NCBI GenBank assembly: GCA_963755125.1
Contig: CAVWIP010000008.1
Coordinates: forward strand, 224,001 to 288,000
Direction: 5' to 3'
Length of the DNA: 64,000 nt
Origin: an uncultured delta proteobacterium
GTDB lineage: Bacteria > Myxococcota_A > Polyangia > Fen-1088
Part shown: positions 49,886 through 58,110 of the stretch, one piece after another
Layout: each line of letters starts with the position of its first letter
How positions within the stretch are numbered: the first letter of the stretch is position 1
The notes under the pieces: generated by a model
Database searches by the model: none
Told to the model about the DNA's origin: nothing
Seen by the model: the letters and a program-made list of their open reading frames with translations, nothing else
Program-made: the position numbers and the translations under genes

Positions 49886-50944
49886 ATGAAGATCATGAAA
49901 CCGCATCGCGACGTCGGCATCGTCGGCTATGGCGCCTACGTGCCACGTTATCGCCTGCCCGGCGTCGAGATCAGCCGCGTGTGGGACGGACAGCAGGGGT
50001 GCACGCCGCCGGTCAAGGAGAAGTCGGTGCCCGGTCTCGACGAGGACGTGGCCACCATGTCACTCGAGGCCGCGCGCAACGCGCTCAAGCGCGCCGCCAT
50101 CGATGCTTCGTTGATCCGCGCGGTGTGGGTGGGTAGCGAGAGTCACCCCTACGCCGTGAAACCGACCAGCACCATCGTCGCGGAAGCCATCGGCGCCGTG
50201 CCGCACACCCTGGCTGCCGACTGGCAGTTCGCGTGCAAGGCGGGCACCGAGGCGATGCAGGCCGCGCTGGGCTTCGTCGGCTCGGGCATGGCGGACTATG
50301 CGCTAGCGCTGGGCATGGATACGGCGCAGGGACGGCCGCGCGACGCGCTGGAGTACACGGCCGGCGCGGGCGGGGCCGCGTTTCTGGTGGGGCCGGCCGA
50401 GCAGTCGCTGGCGGTGCTGGAGGGCTCGACCTCGTATGTGACCGACACCGCGGATTTCTGGCGGCGCCAGCACGAGCACTATCCGGCGCACGCGGGTCGC
50501 TTCACGGGTGAGCCCGGCTACTTTCGCCACGTGCTGGCGGCGGCGTCGGAGCTGATGGCGGGTCTGGGACGCCAGCCCGCCGACTACGCGCATGTCATCT
50601 TCCACCAACCCAACAGCAAGTTTCCCCTGAAGGCGGGCCGCGAGCTGGGCTTCAAGCGCGAGCAGCTCGAGGCGGGCCTGCTGGTCAACGACATCGGCAA
50701 CACCTACGCCGGTGCCGCCATGATCGGGCTCACCGCTGTCCTGGATGTGGCCCGGCCGGGCCAGCGCGTTCTCATGGTGTCGTTCGGCAGCGGCGCGGGC
50801 AGCGACGCCTTCGACTTGCGCGTGACCGACGCGATCAGCGCGCGCCGGGCGTGCGCCCTGAGCACGCGCGACTACGTTGTGCGACGCCACCCGATCGACT
50901 ACGCGACCTATGCGCGTCACCGGGAGAAGATTCGGATGGATTAG
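49886..50944 (+). CDS. Archaeal-type hydroxymethylglutaryl-CoA synthase
   Basis: [57 protein letters not shown]. Confidence 0.92.
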   Translation: MKIMKPHRDVGIVGYGAYVPRYRLPGVEISRVWDGQQGCTPPVKEKSVPGLDEDVATMSLEAARNALKRAAIDASLIRAVWVGSESHPYAVKPTSTIVAEAIGAVPHTLAADWQFACKAGTEAMQAALGFVGSGMADYALALGMDTAQGRPRDALEYTAGAGGAAFLVGPAEQSLAVLEGSTSYVTDTADFWRRQHEHYPAHAGRFTGEPGYFRHVLAAASELMAGLGRQPADYAHVIFHQPNSKFPLKAGRELGFKREQLEAGLLVNDIGNTYAGAAMIGLTAVLDVARPGQRVLMVSFGSGAGSDAFDLRVTDAISARRACALSTRDYVVRRHPIDYATYARHREKIRMD

Positions 50945-50998
50945 CTGGGCGCCCACCGCCAGACTCAGCGACGACAATAGAAGAGATTCAGAACTAGC

Positions 50999-52156
50999 AT
51001 GCGAGATGTATCCATCATCGGAATAGGTCAAACCCCGGTGGGCGAGCACTGGGACAAATCGCTCAAGGAGCTGGCGGCCGAGGCGATTTCAGGCGCGCTC
51101 AAGGACGCGCAGGTGGAGCGCGTCGATGCGCTCTACGTGGGCAACATGTGTTCGGGCACGCTCAACGGGCAAGAGCACTTGGGGGCGCTGATCAGCGACT
51201 GGGTTGGCTTGCGCGGGGTCGAGGCGGTCAAGGTCGAGGCGGCCTGCGGCTCGGGCGCGGCGGCGCTTCGCCTGGGTTACGTCGCGGTGGCGGGCGAGCT
51301 CGCGGATTTTGTGGTGGTGGCGGGCGTGGAGAAGATGACCGATCGCCCCGGCGATCAGGTGACGGCGGCGCTGGCCATGGCGGCCGACGCGGATTTCGAG
51401 GCGGAGAACGGGCTGTCGTTCGTGGCGCTCAATGCGCTGCTCATGCGGCGCTACATGCACGAGTATGAGGTGTGCCACGCAGACTTCGCGCCGTTTGCCA
51501 TCAACGCGCACAAGAACGCCGTCGGCAATCCGAATGCCCTGTTTCCCCACGCCATCACCGCCGAGGATTTCTGCGCGGCCAAGATGATCGCGGATCCGGT
51601 GAACCTGCTCGACAGCTCACCGGTGTGCGACGGCGCGGCGGCGGTGGTGCTGTGTCCCACTGCGCTGGCCCGTCCATTCAACGCGCGGCCGGTGCGCGTG
51701 CGCGCCTCGTCGGCGGCGACCGACTCCATCGCCGTGCACGATCGGCGCGACCTGCTCGGGCTGGAGGGCGCGGCGCTGAGCGCGAGCAAGGCGTATGTCC
51801 AGGCCAAGCTCACGCCCAAGGACATCGATGTCTTCGAGTTGCACGACGCGTTCACCATCATGTCGGTGCTATCGCTGGAAGCGTGCGGCTTCGCCGAGCG
51901 CGGCCGCGGCGTGCGCCTGGGCAGCGAGGGCGACATCGCCATCGGCGGACAGATCCCGATTACCACGATGGGCGGGCTCAAGGCGCGGGGTCACCCGGTG
52001 GGCGCCACGGGAATCTATCAGATCATCGAGGTGGCGCTGCAACTACGCGAACAGGCGGGTACCAACCAGGTGCGCGACGCGCGCCTGGGCATGGCGCAAA
52101 ATATCGGCGGCAGCGGCGCTACGGTGGTGACCACCATTCTGGAGGCGGTGGATTAG
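50999..52156 (+). CDS. Archaeal/SCP2-type acetoacetyl-CoA thiolase
   Basis: VEAACGSG, GVEKM, FELHDAF, GGLKARGHPVGATG, QNIGG. Confidence 0.92.
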   Translation: MRDVSIIGIGQTPVGEHWDKSLKELAAEAISGALKDAQVERVDALYVGNMCSGTLNGQEHLGALISDWVGLRGVEAVKVEAACGSGAAALRLGYVAVAGELADFVVVAGVEKMTDRPGDQVTAALAMAADADFEAENGLSFVALNALLMRRYMHEYEVCHADFAPFAINAHKNAVGNPNALFPHAITAEDFCAAKMIADPVNLLDSSPVCDGAAAVVLCPTALARPFNARPVRVRASSAATDSIAVHDRRDLLGLEGAALSASKAYVQAKLTPKDIDVFELHDAFTIMSVLSLEACGFAERGRGVRLGSEGDIAIGGQIPITTMGGLKARGHPVGATGIYQIIEVALQLREQAGTNQVRDARLGMAQNIGGSGATVVTTILEAVD

Positions 52157-52207
52157 CACGACTGCGGCGCTTGACAGCCACGGCGGCGAAGAGCAAAGAG
52201 GGTTTCC

Positions 52208-52630
52208 ATGGAGATTGCCAGACACTGGAGATTGCAACGACACCGCTACGCGCTGGTGGGCGAGGTGTGCAACCACTGCGGCGTCAAGATCTTCCCGGCG
52301 CGCGACGTGTGCCCGCAGTGCAATGCCCCGGCCAAGACGCCGTTCACCTTCAGTGGCAAGGGTGAAATCTACTCGTACTCGACGGTGCACCACCCGCCCG
52401 AGGGGTTCGAGCACTTCGCGCCGTATGTGGTGGCCTTGGTGCGTCTGGCCGAGGGGCCGCTGGTGGCCGCGCAGTTGACCGACGTGGAAGGGGAGAAGAT
52501 CGAGATCGGGATGCCGGTGGAGATGGTCACGCGCAAGCTGCGCGACGACGGCAACAAGGGCACCATCGTCTACGGCTACAAGTTCCGTCCCGCGATCGCG
52601 TCCGCGGACGCAAAGGACGCTTCGGTTTAG
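52208..52630 (+). CDS. DUF35 Zn-ribbon/OB-fold scaffold protein
   Basis: CNHC..FPARDVCPQC, IGMPVEMVTR, YGYKFRP. Confidence 0.92.
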   Translation: MEIARHWRLQRHRYALVGEVCNHCGVKIFPARDVCPQCNAPAKTPFTFSGKGEIYSYSTVHHPPEGFEHFAPYVVALVRLAEGPLVAAQLTDVEGEKIEIGMPVEMVTRKLRDDGNKGTIVYGYKFRPAIASADAKDASV

Positions 52631-52664
52631 CCCGACTATCCCTACCGAATCCCGTCGTGGGAGG

Positions 52665-52689
52665 TGCGGAACCCTCTCAGGGTTCCGCA
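52665..52689. terminator. Hairpin between the convergent mevalonate-entry and cyclase operons
   Basis: TGCGGAACCCT-CTC-AGGGTTCCGCA, 11-bp stem. Confidence 0.6.
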
Positions 52690-52734
52690 GTTGATCGTCG
52701 GCCGTCAGTGAATCGAACAACCGATGCAGGAACG

Positions 52735-54744
52735 CTATGCCACGGCCGCCGCGTAGCGTGCCAGCGCCCATGTGGAAAAATAGCGCCGGTAGTTCTCGTA
52801 GTTGATGAGTGCCGTCTTGTTGAACACGCCCGAGAGCGACTGGCGAGGCCAATCACCATTGTCGAGTTGGGTCGTAACCAGGAAGCGGGCCGCACGCTGG
52901 CAGAGTGGATCTTGTGCTCGGCCCGCGCTGACCAGTGTGAGAAGCGCCCATGCGGTATTGACCGCGTGACTGGCACTCCACACGTAACGCCTCTCGCGGC
53001 AGCTCTCGCCGCTCTCGCCCCATCCACCGTCGGCGTTCTGGTGATCATGGAGAAACTCACACGCGCGCCGCAACGCCGGATCGCTGTTCTCCGCACCAGC
53101 GGCGAGGAGCCCACGCACGCCGAACCACGTGCCGTAGGTGAAGCACACCCCCCACGATCCTTCCCAGCTTCCGTCGGCGCGCTGACTGTCGCGCAAGAAG
53201 CGCTCGCCGCGGCGGATGGCCGCCCCGGCCTTTCGCCCCAAGAGATCGTCAAGCTTGCGGTCATGGCGTGCGGCGAAGTGGCGTCGGCAGAGCGCCAGGC
53301 TGTGCAGACACGCCGCCGTGCACTCGGGATACGAGTGATCGACCATGATGTCGCCGAACACGTGCGCCGGGTTGAGCGCCTCCAGCCAACGCCCGCCGCG
53401 CTGTCTTTCGTAGGTGGCCCACCCGCCATCGCGATTCTGCCAGCCCAGCAGCAGCTTGACCGCATCGAGGATGCGCTGGTCGGGAAGAGCGGGCAGCCCA
53501 GCGTCCTCCAGCATGATCGCCGCGGTCAGTCCCTCGGCGGTGCAGTCGGTGATGGGCCAGCCGTGCGCGCGATCAGAAAAGGGCCAGCCACCACGGCAGG
53601 GGTGCCGATAGTACCGCTGGTACTCCGGCGGATCTTCGAGCACCTGATTGTCGACAACGAAGGCGTGGGCGCGTTGCAGCGTCTCACGATGGGCTGTCCC
53701 CAGGGGGAGTTCCAGCATCGCCTGCACGGCAAACGCCGTGTCCCACAATGCGGTCGAGTTGTAGCCATTCATCTTGGTACCGTCGTGCCCGTCCCACAGG
53801 TACCCTTCGAGGGCTGCGAAACTCCGCTCCGTCGCGTCGCTCTGTGGTGATTGGAAGAAGTGCACGAGCGTGTTGAGCACGGCATTGACCGGGCCGATGC
53901 GGATGAACTGGGTGGCGCGGTCCTCGAACTCGATGTGGTGCAAGAGCCGCGCGAGCGAGCGCTCACGAAACCCCCGCGCGTGCACGCGCTCGTACAGGCC
54001 CGTGACGAAGTTCACCGCTTTCAGCGCCGACGATGTCGGCGCGTAGACATCGCCTGCGGCGATGGTGTTGCGGTGCTCGGCGAAACGAATGCTGTCGTAG
54101 GGACGATCGTAAATCTCGCGCCGGAGAGCGTGGGTGAGATCGTCGGCCGGCATCCGCGCTTTCATGCCATACAGGTGCGCCATGGGCAGATACACTTGCC
54201 GACAGTGACACCACAGGCGGCTGGGATGGAACGGCAGACTGGTGGGCAAGAGCCACAATTCCGGCAGGATCGGTTGCAGACCGTCGTATTCATAAAGATT
54301 GAGGAGCGCGAGCGTGAACTTGCCCCAACTGGCGCACGCCAGCGCCGTGCCGTGCGCGTGGATGAACCCTCGTGCCTTGGCGACCCGCTCGTCGTCGGGC
54401 GCAAGCCCGAGGAACCGAAGTGCCACGTAGCACAAGACAGTCGTGAACAAGCAACCGGAGCTTTCGACGTGCAAGCCAAAACTGCCGTCGGCGCCCTGGT
54501 GTGCGCAAAGATAGGCGACCATGCCGGTGCGCCTTTCGCGTTCGATCGGCCTTCCGCCGATGTGGCGAGCCGCCAGATACATCGGCAGAAGGAACATCGG
54601 TCCGCCGTAATCGCCGCGCCAGGCTCCGTCGGCCCCCTGTTGCGAGGCAAGAAAGTCGAGACCGCGCGCAACGGCGCGTTCGCACGAGGCGCGATCCGCG
54701 CCGAAGCTGGTCGGCCCGCCGGTCGCTGTGCTGGTCCCTTTCAC
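52735..54744 (-). CDS. 2,3-oxidosqualene cyclase with cycloartenol-synthase signature
   Basis: DCTAE motif (not DXDD), LWCHCRQVYLPM, KMNGYN, AHGWPITDCTAE, six QxxDGxW-type repeats; likely GTG start at 54744 overlapping the U32 stop (GTGA). Confidence 0.93.
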   Translation of the reverse strand: MKGTSTATGGPTSFGADRASCERAVARGLDFLASQQGADGAWRGDYGGPMFLLPMYLAARHIGGRPIERERRTGMVAYLCAHQGADGSFGLHVESSGCLFTTVLCYVALRFLGLAPDDERVAKARGFIHAHGTALACASWGKFTLALLNLYEYDGLQPILPELWLLPTSLPFHPSRLWCHCRQVYLPMAHLYGMKARMPADDLTHALRREIYDRPYDSIRFAEHRNTIAAGDVYAPTSSALKAVNFVTGLYERVHARGFRERSLARLLHHIEFEDRATQFIRIGPVNAVLNTLVHFFQSPQSDATERSFAALEGYLWDGHDGTKMNGYNSTALWDTAFAVQAMLELPLGTAHRETLQRAHAFVVDNQVLEDPPEYQRYYRHPCRGGWPFSDRAHGWPITDCTAEGLTAAIMLEDAGLPALPDQRILDAVKLLLGWQNRDGGWATYERQRGGRWLEALNPAHVFGDIMVDHSYPECTAACLHSLALCRRHFAARHDRKLDDLLGRKAGAAIRRGERFLRDSQRADGSWEGSWGVCFTYGTWFGVRGLLAAGAENSDPALRRACEFLHDHQNADGGWGESGESCRERRYVWSASHAVNTAWALLTLVSAGRAQDPLCQRAARFLVTTQLDNGDWPRQSLSGVFNKTALINYENYRRYFSTWALARYAAAVA

Positions 54745-56015
54745 GCAGGGTTCCGCCACAGTCGCCGCACCATCTGCGAAGCGGTGCGCGTGTACGGCTC
54801 CCAGAAAGCGCCTCCCTCGATATCGCCGAGCAAGTCCTGGTACATCGGTTCCAGCTTCGCGCGCCAATTTGCATCGACGGTGATCGCGCGCGCCGCCCAC
54901 TCGTGGCAGTAGCGACAGCTCTCGCAATCGGTCGACTGGCAGTTCTGCTCGGTGAAGCGATCGAGAAAGCCGTCGAGCGCGCGATTGTCGATGGTGACCG
55001 GATTCGCGCCCTCTCTGGGATAGAGCATGCTGGCAGCGTGCCCGAAATCGATCAGCTTGCGGAAGCGCAGCAGGTTGATGGTGCGCGGTTTGATGAAGTA
55101 CTTGAGCATGCGCCTGAACGAATAGGCGTCCCTGCCCACAGCGCCGAGCTTGTCCTTCGGATAGGCGTAGTTCTGCACGAGATCGAGGAGGTTGCCATCG
55201 TAGCGCCGTTCCGAGTAGGCCTTGACCCGTTCGAGCAGGATCTGCGTCGGGGTGTTACGCTCGACGATCTTGAAGGTTTCGTACCCGAGCTTCTCGTAGT
55301 GGTGCAGGTCCTCGGGGCGAATCCAGTTGGCGCGAATGTAGTTGACGGGATCGCGCAAGCGAATCTGGTTGCACAGGATCGAGCAGTAATCGAGCGGGAA
55401 CCCCCGACTCTTGGCTTGCGATGCTGCCGACAGAGCCACCGCGTGGTTGCCGGCGATGGCGCAGTCCTGGCGACACCAGTTGTTGACGATGAGCTGCAAG
55501 TCGACCCCTTGCGCGGCTTGCTTCATCGCCGCCAGGGTTTTGAACTCGCGATGCACCCCGACTTCGGAGACGACGATGACGTCGGCGCCGTGGTCAACCC
55601 AGAAGCGCACCTTGCGCGGCGTATCGGTGAAACGATGCGAGCTTACGCGAACGCTCAGGCGCGGATGGCGTCGCTTGATGAGCCGCAGGAAGTAGACGTT
55701 GGCGACGGTGATCGAATCGACGCCGATGCCGTCCACCCATTCGAGCATCTCCTCCATCTTGCGCTGCCCGATGCGCGTGAACTCGGTATTGCCCATGGCC
55801 GATGCGTTGAGCAGATAGTTGAACTGGATGCCGTTTTCGTGCGCCGTCTTCACGGTCCGCTCAAGCACGCGGCGATTCACTTGGGGCAAGTAGAAGGCGG
55901 GGCGCCCGCCGCCGAAGTAGTCGGTGGTGAGCTTGCCGTAGACCTCGTACACGGGGTAACCGGCAAGGCCCTTCATGAGCGCTTCATCGAAGTTACAGGC
56001 GACGGAGAGCTTCAT
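54741..56015 (-). CDS. U32-family (UbiU/RlhA/TrhP-related) Cys-rich Fe-S protein
   Basis: FGGGR, GIQFNYLLN, GVDSITVAN, Cx3C-x25-Cx3C, WIRPEDL..Y..FKIVER, C-terminal CQSTDCESCRYC; GAAAGG RBS before ATG 56015. Confidence 0.85.
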   Translation of the reverse strand: MKLSVACNFDEALMKGLAGYPVYEVYGKLTTDYFGGGRPAFYLPQVNRRVLERTVKTAHENGIQFNYLLNASAMGNTEFTRIGQRKMEEMLEWVDGIGVDSITVANVYFLRLIKRRHPRLSVRVSSHRFTDTPRKVRFWVDHGADVIVVSEVGVHREFKTLAAMKQAAQGVDLQLIVNNWCRQDCAIAGNHAVALSAASQAKSRGFPLDYCSILCNQIRLRDPVNYIRANWIRPEDLHHYEKLGYETFKIVERNTPTQILLERVKAYSERRYDGNLLDLVQNYAYPKDKLGAVGRDAYSFRRMLKYFIKPRTINLLRFRKLIDFGHAASMLYPREGANPVTIDNRALDGFLDRFTEQNCQSTDCESCRYCHEWAARAITVDANWRAKLEPMYQDLLGDIEGGAFWEPYTRTASQMVRRLWRNPA

Positions 56016-56056
56016 CGTGTGGCACCTTTCGTCTCGCGGAAAGAATGGATCATATT

Positions 56057-56072
56057 TGCAAACCTTGAACCA
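56057..56072 (-). promoter_or_regulatory. Putative sigma54 -24/-12 promoter of the U32-cyclase operon
   Basis: Minus strand TGGTTCAAGGTTTGCA (GG-N10-GC), about 40 bp upstream of the ATG. Confidence 0.65.
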
Positions 56073-56149
56073 CCTCTCTTGCTCGCGCACCCTCTAAAAT
56101 TTTCTGGCAGTTGAGCTGTGACGCGATCATGACACCCAGCCCCCCTAGC

Positions 56150-56181
56150 GTGCAGAAGCACACCAGCGTGCGAAATCGCAC
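56150..56181 (-). promoter_or_regulatory. Tandem enhancer palindromes
   Basis: Minus strand GTGCG-ATTT-CGCAC and GTGTG-CTTC-TGCAC, 18 bp apart, about 80 bp from the sigma54 site. Confidence 0.65.
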
Positions 56182-56196
56182 ACGCCAAACCCCATC

Positions 56197-58110
56197 ATGA
56201 GCGATTCCGGTTGGGCGCGAACTGCGCGGTCGAGTATCATCCGCGTGGCCATCATGGTGGGGTCCACCAACCTCAAGCAGTTCTTGGAAGCCGCGTTGCG
56301 CGGCGCCGCGAAAATTGTCGGCTGCGGTTCCACCAACCTGATTCTTTTCAACGAGAAGAAGCAGGAAATTCGCGTTCACCTGGGTATCACGGCCGACGCC
56401 TTTCCCGTTATCGCCGAGATTGAGAAGATGCTGGGTGCGCAGTTCCCGGGGTTCTCGTGGCCGATGAGTAGCGCCGAGGGCAGCCTGGTCACTCGCTCCT
56501 GGCGCGAGGCCTCGTTTTGCGAAACGACCTCGCTCAAGGAGCTGGTGGGCGCAGCCTTGCCCCCCTTGATACTTGCGGCAACCGCGCGTCTCATCGGCGA
56601 GCGTGACTTTGCCTGCGTCCCGGCGCTCAGTAGCACACGAAACTACGGTGTCCTCCTCTTCGAAAAGGAGGGCACCCTGCCGTTCAACCGCCAGCAGCGC
56701 GAAGTGCTCTTGCGCTACGCCCGGCGCATTGGTGAGATTCTCGAAAACGATCTCATGGGTCAGAGCCAAACGCTCTTCGACCACCTCCCCGATGACGAAC
56801 CCGATAGCCTGCTCTTCGATGCCCGCGGCGGGTTGCGCGGCCATGGCCCGCGCGGCGGTGCCGCCCTTGAGCGGGTCCTGCGCGAGGGCGACCTCATGCG
56901 CACCATTGGCACGAACGCCCGCGCCTTTCTTGAGGGGCCGCAGTCGGAGCGTGAGCGCAGCCTTGATCTCGACGGCGAACTCCGCATCACGTTGTCGCGC
57001 CTCGATTTCGACGGCACGCAGGGTGTTCTCTGCATGCTCTCCTCGCCGCGACAGGCGGCCGCCTCGCTCGAAAATCAACTCGTGCGCCTGACTCTGGGCG
57101 ACCCCGCGCCCGCGCTCTTTGTCGATCCGGAGCTTCGCGTCAGCTCGTGCAATCCCGCCACGAAACAGCTACTGGGCTGCGAGGCGGAAAATATCACCGG
57201 CCAGCCGATCAGCGCGCTCTTCTCGGCGCCCGACGAGGTCATGGATATTCTCACCCATCAGACCTTGGATCCGCAAAAAGCATATTCCGAGCGCGCCACG
57301 GTGGTGCGTCGCCGCGACGGATCGCTGGTCCCGGTGCGCGTCGAGGCGCTGCTCCTCGCCGACGACTTTCACCAGCTCGTGGGCTTCCTGCTGGTGCTGC
57401 GCGAGCCGAGCAAGCGAGATTCCGACCATCTGGTACAGCAGGAACGCCTCGCCACCATGGGGGAAATGGCAGCTCATCTGGCTCACGAGATTCGCAATCC
57501 TCTCGTCGCGATTGGCGCCACGCTCGAAAGTCTCATCCGCGAGCCGGAAACTGCGGCCAGCCAGCGTGCGATTCTGGCCGCGCTGGTGAAAGAGATCGTG
57601 CGCATGGACATGACCCTCAAAGACTACCTCGCCGCACGCCGCGAGATGGCCGTCACTCAGGTACGCGTGGCAGAGTTGCTAGACGACGCGCGCCGCTTGC
57701 TGGCGGGCGCCCATCGCCTGGCCGGCAAGACCATTCGCTGCCAGGTGGATCCCGAGCTGACCATCGAGGCTGACTACGAGGCCATGAAGCAGGTGGTGTT
57801 CAACCTGCTGCTCAACGCACTCGAGGCCACCCCTGCCGCGGGCGAGGTCACGTGTCACGTCGCACAGAGTGGCTTTGAACTGGCCATTACCGTCGAGGAC
57901 CGCGGGCCAGGTTTGCCCGCTAGCGCGGCGGACTGCCTGCGCCCCTTCTTCACCACCAAGAAGAACGGGACCGGCCTGGGGTTGGCCGTCTGCCAGAAGA
58001 TCGCGCGCGCCCACGGCGGCTTCGTCGATCTGAGGAATCGCGACGGAGGCGGGTGCCAGGCGACGGTGGTGCTCCCCAGGCGCCCGTGCGCGATCGACGG
58101 TGCGGCATGA
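56197..58110 (+). CDS. Cytoplasmic GAF-like/PAS sensor histidine kinase (NtrB-like)
   Basis: No obvious TM; PAS (CNPATKQLLG..RRRDGSLVPV), LAHEIRNPL, NLLLNA, EDRGPG, GTGLGL. Confidence 0.9.
   Translation: MSDSGWARTARSSIIRVAIMVGSTNLKQFLEAALRGAAKIVGCGSTNLILFNEKKQEIRVHLGITADAFPVIAEIEKMLGAQFPGFSWPMSSAEGSLVTRSWREASFCETTSLKELVGAALPPLILAATARLIGERDFACVPALSSTRNYGVLLFEKEGTLPFNRQQREVLLRYARRIGEILENDLMGQSQTLFDHLPDDEPDSLLFDARGGLRGHGPRGGAALERVLREGDLMRTIGTNARAFLEGPQSERERSLDLDGELRITLSRLDFDGTQGVLCMLSSPRQAAASLENQLVRLTLGDPAPALFVDPELRVSSCNPATKQLLGCEAENITGQPISALFSAPDEVMDILTHQTLDPQKAYSERATVVRRRDGSLVPVRVEALLLADDFHQLVGFLLVLREPSKRDSDHLVQQERLATMGEMAAHLAHEIRNPLVAIGATLESLIREPETAASQRAILAALVKEIVRMDMTLKDYLAARREMAVTQVRVAELLDDARRLLAGAHRLAGKTIRCQVDPELTIEADYEAMKQVVFNLLLNALEATPAAGEVTCHVAQSGFELAITVEDRGPGLPASAADCLRPFFTTKKNGTGLGLAVCQKIARAHGGFVDLRNRDGGGCQATVVLPRRPCAIDGAA

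Noticed and set aside
49886..52630. PhlABC (DAPG) biosynthesis
   Set aside because: No PhlD type III PKS nearby; the synthase keeps its catalytic Cys (FACKAG) and the context is isoprenoid
52735..54744. Squalene-hopene cyclase call
   Set aside because: The catalytic motif is DCTAE, not DXDD, and the cyclase-specific WCHCR segment is present
54745..54927. N-terminal extension of the cyclase in the ORF track
   Set aside because: It overlaps the U32 coding region; the GTG at 54744 gives a typical length and a GTGA coupling
54741..56015. Collagenase/protease function for the U32 protein
   Set aside because: Legacy family name; the Cys clusters and characterised relatives point to Fe-S chemistry
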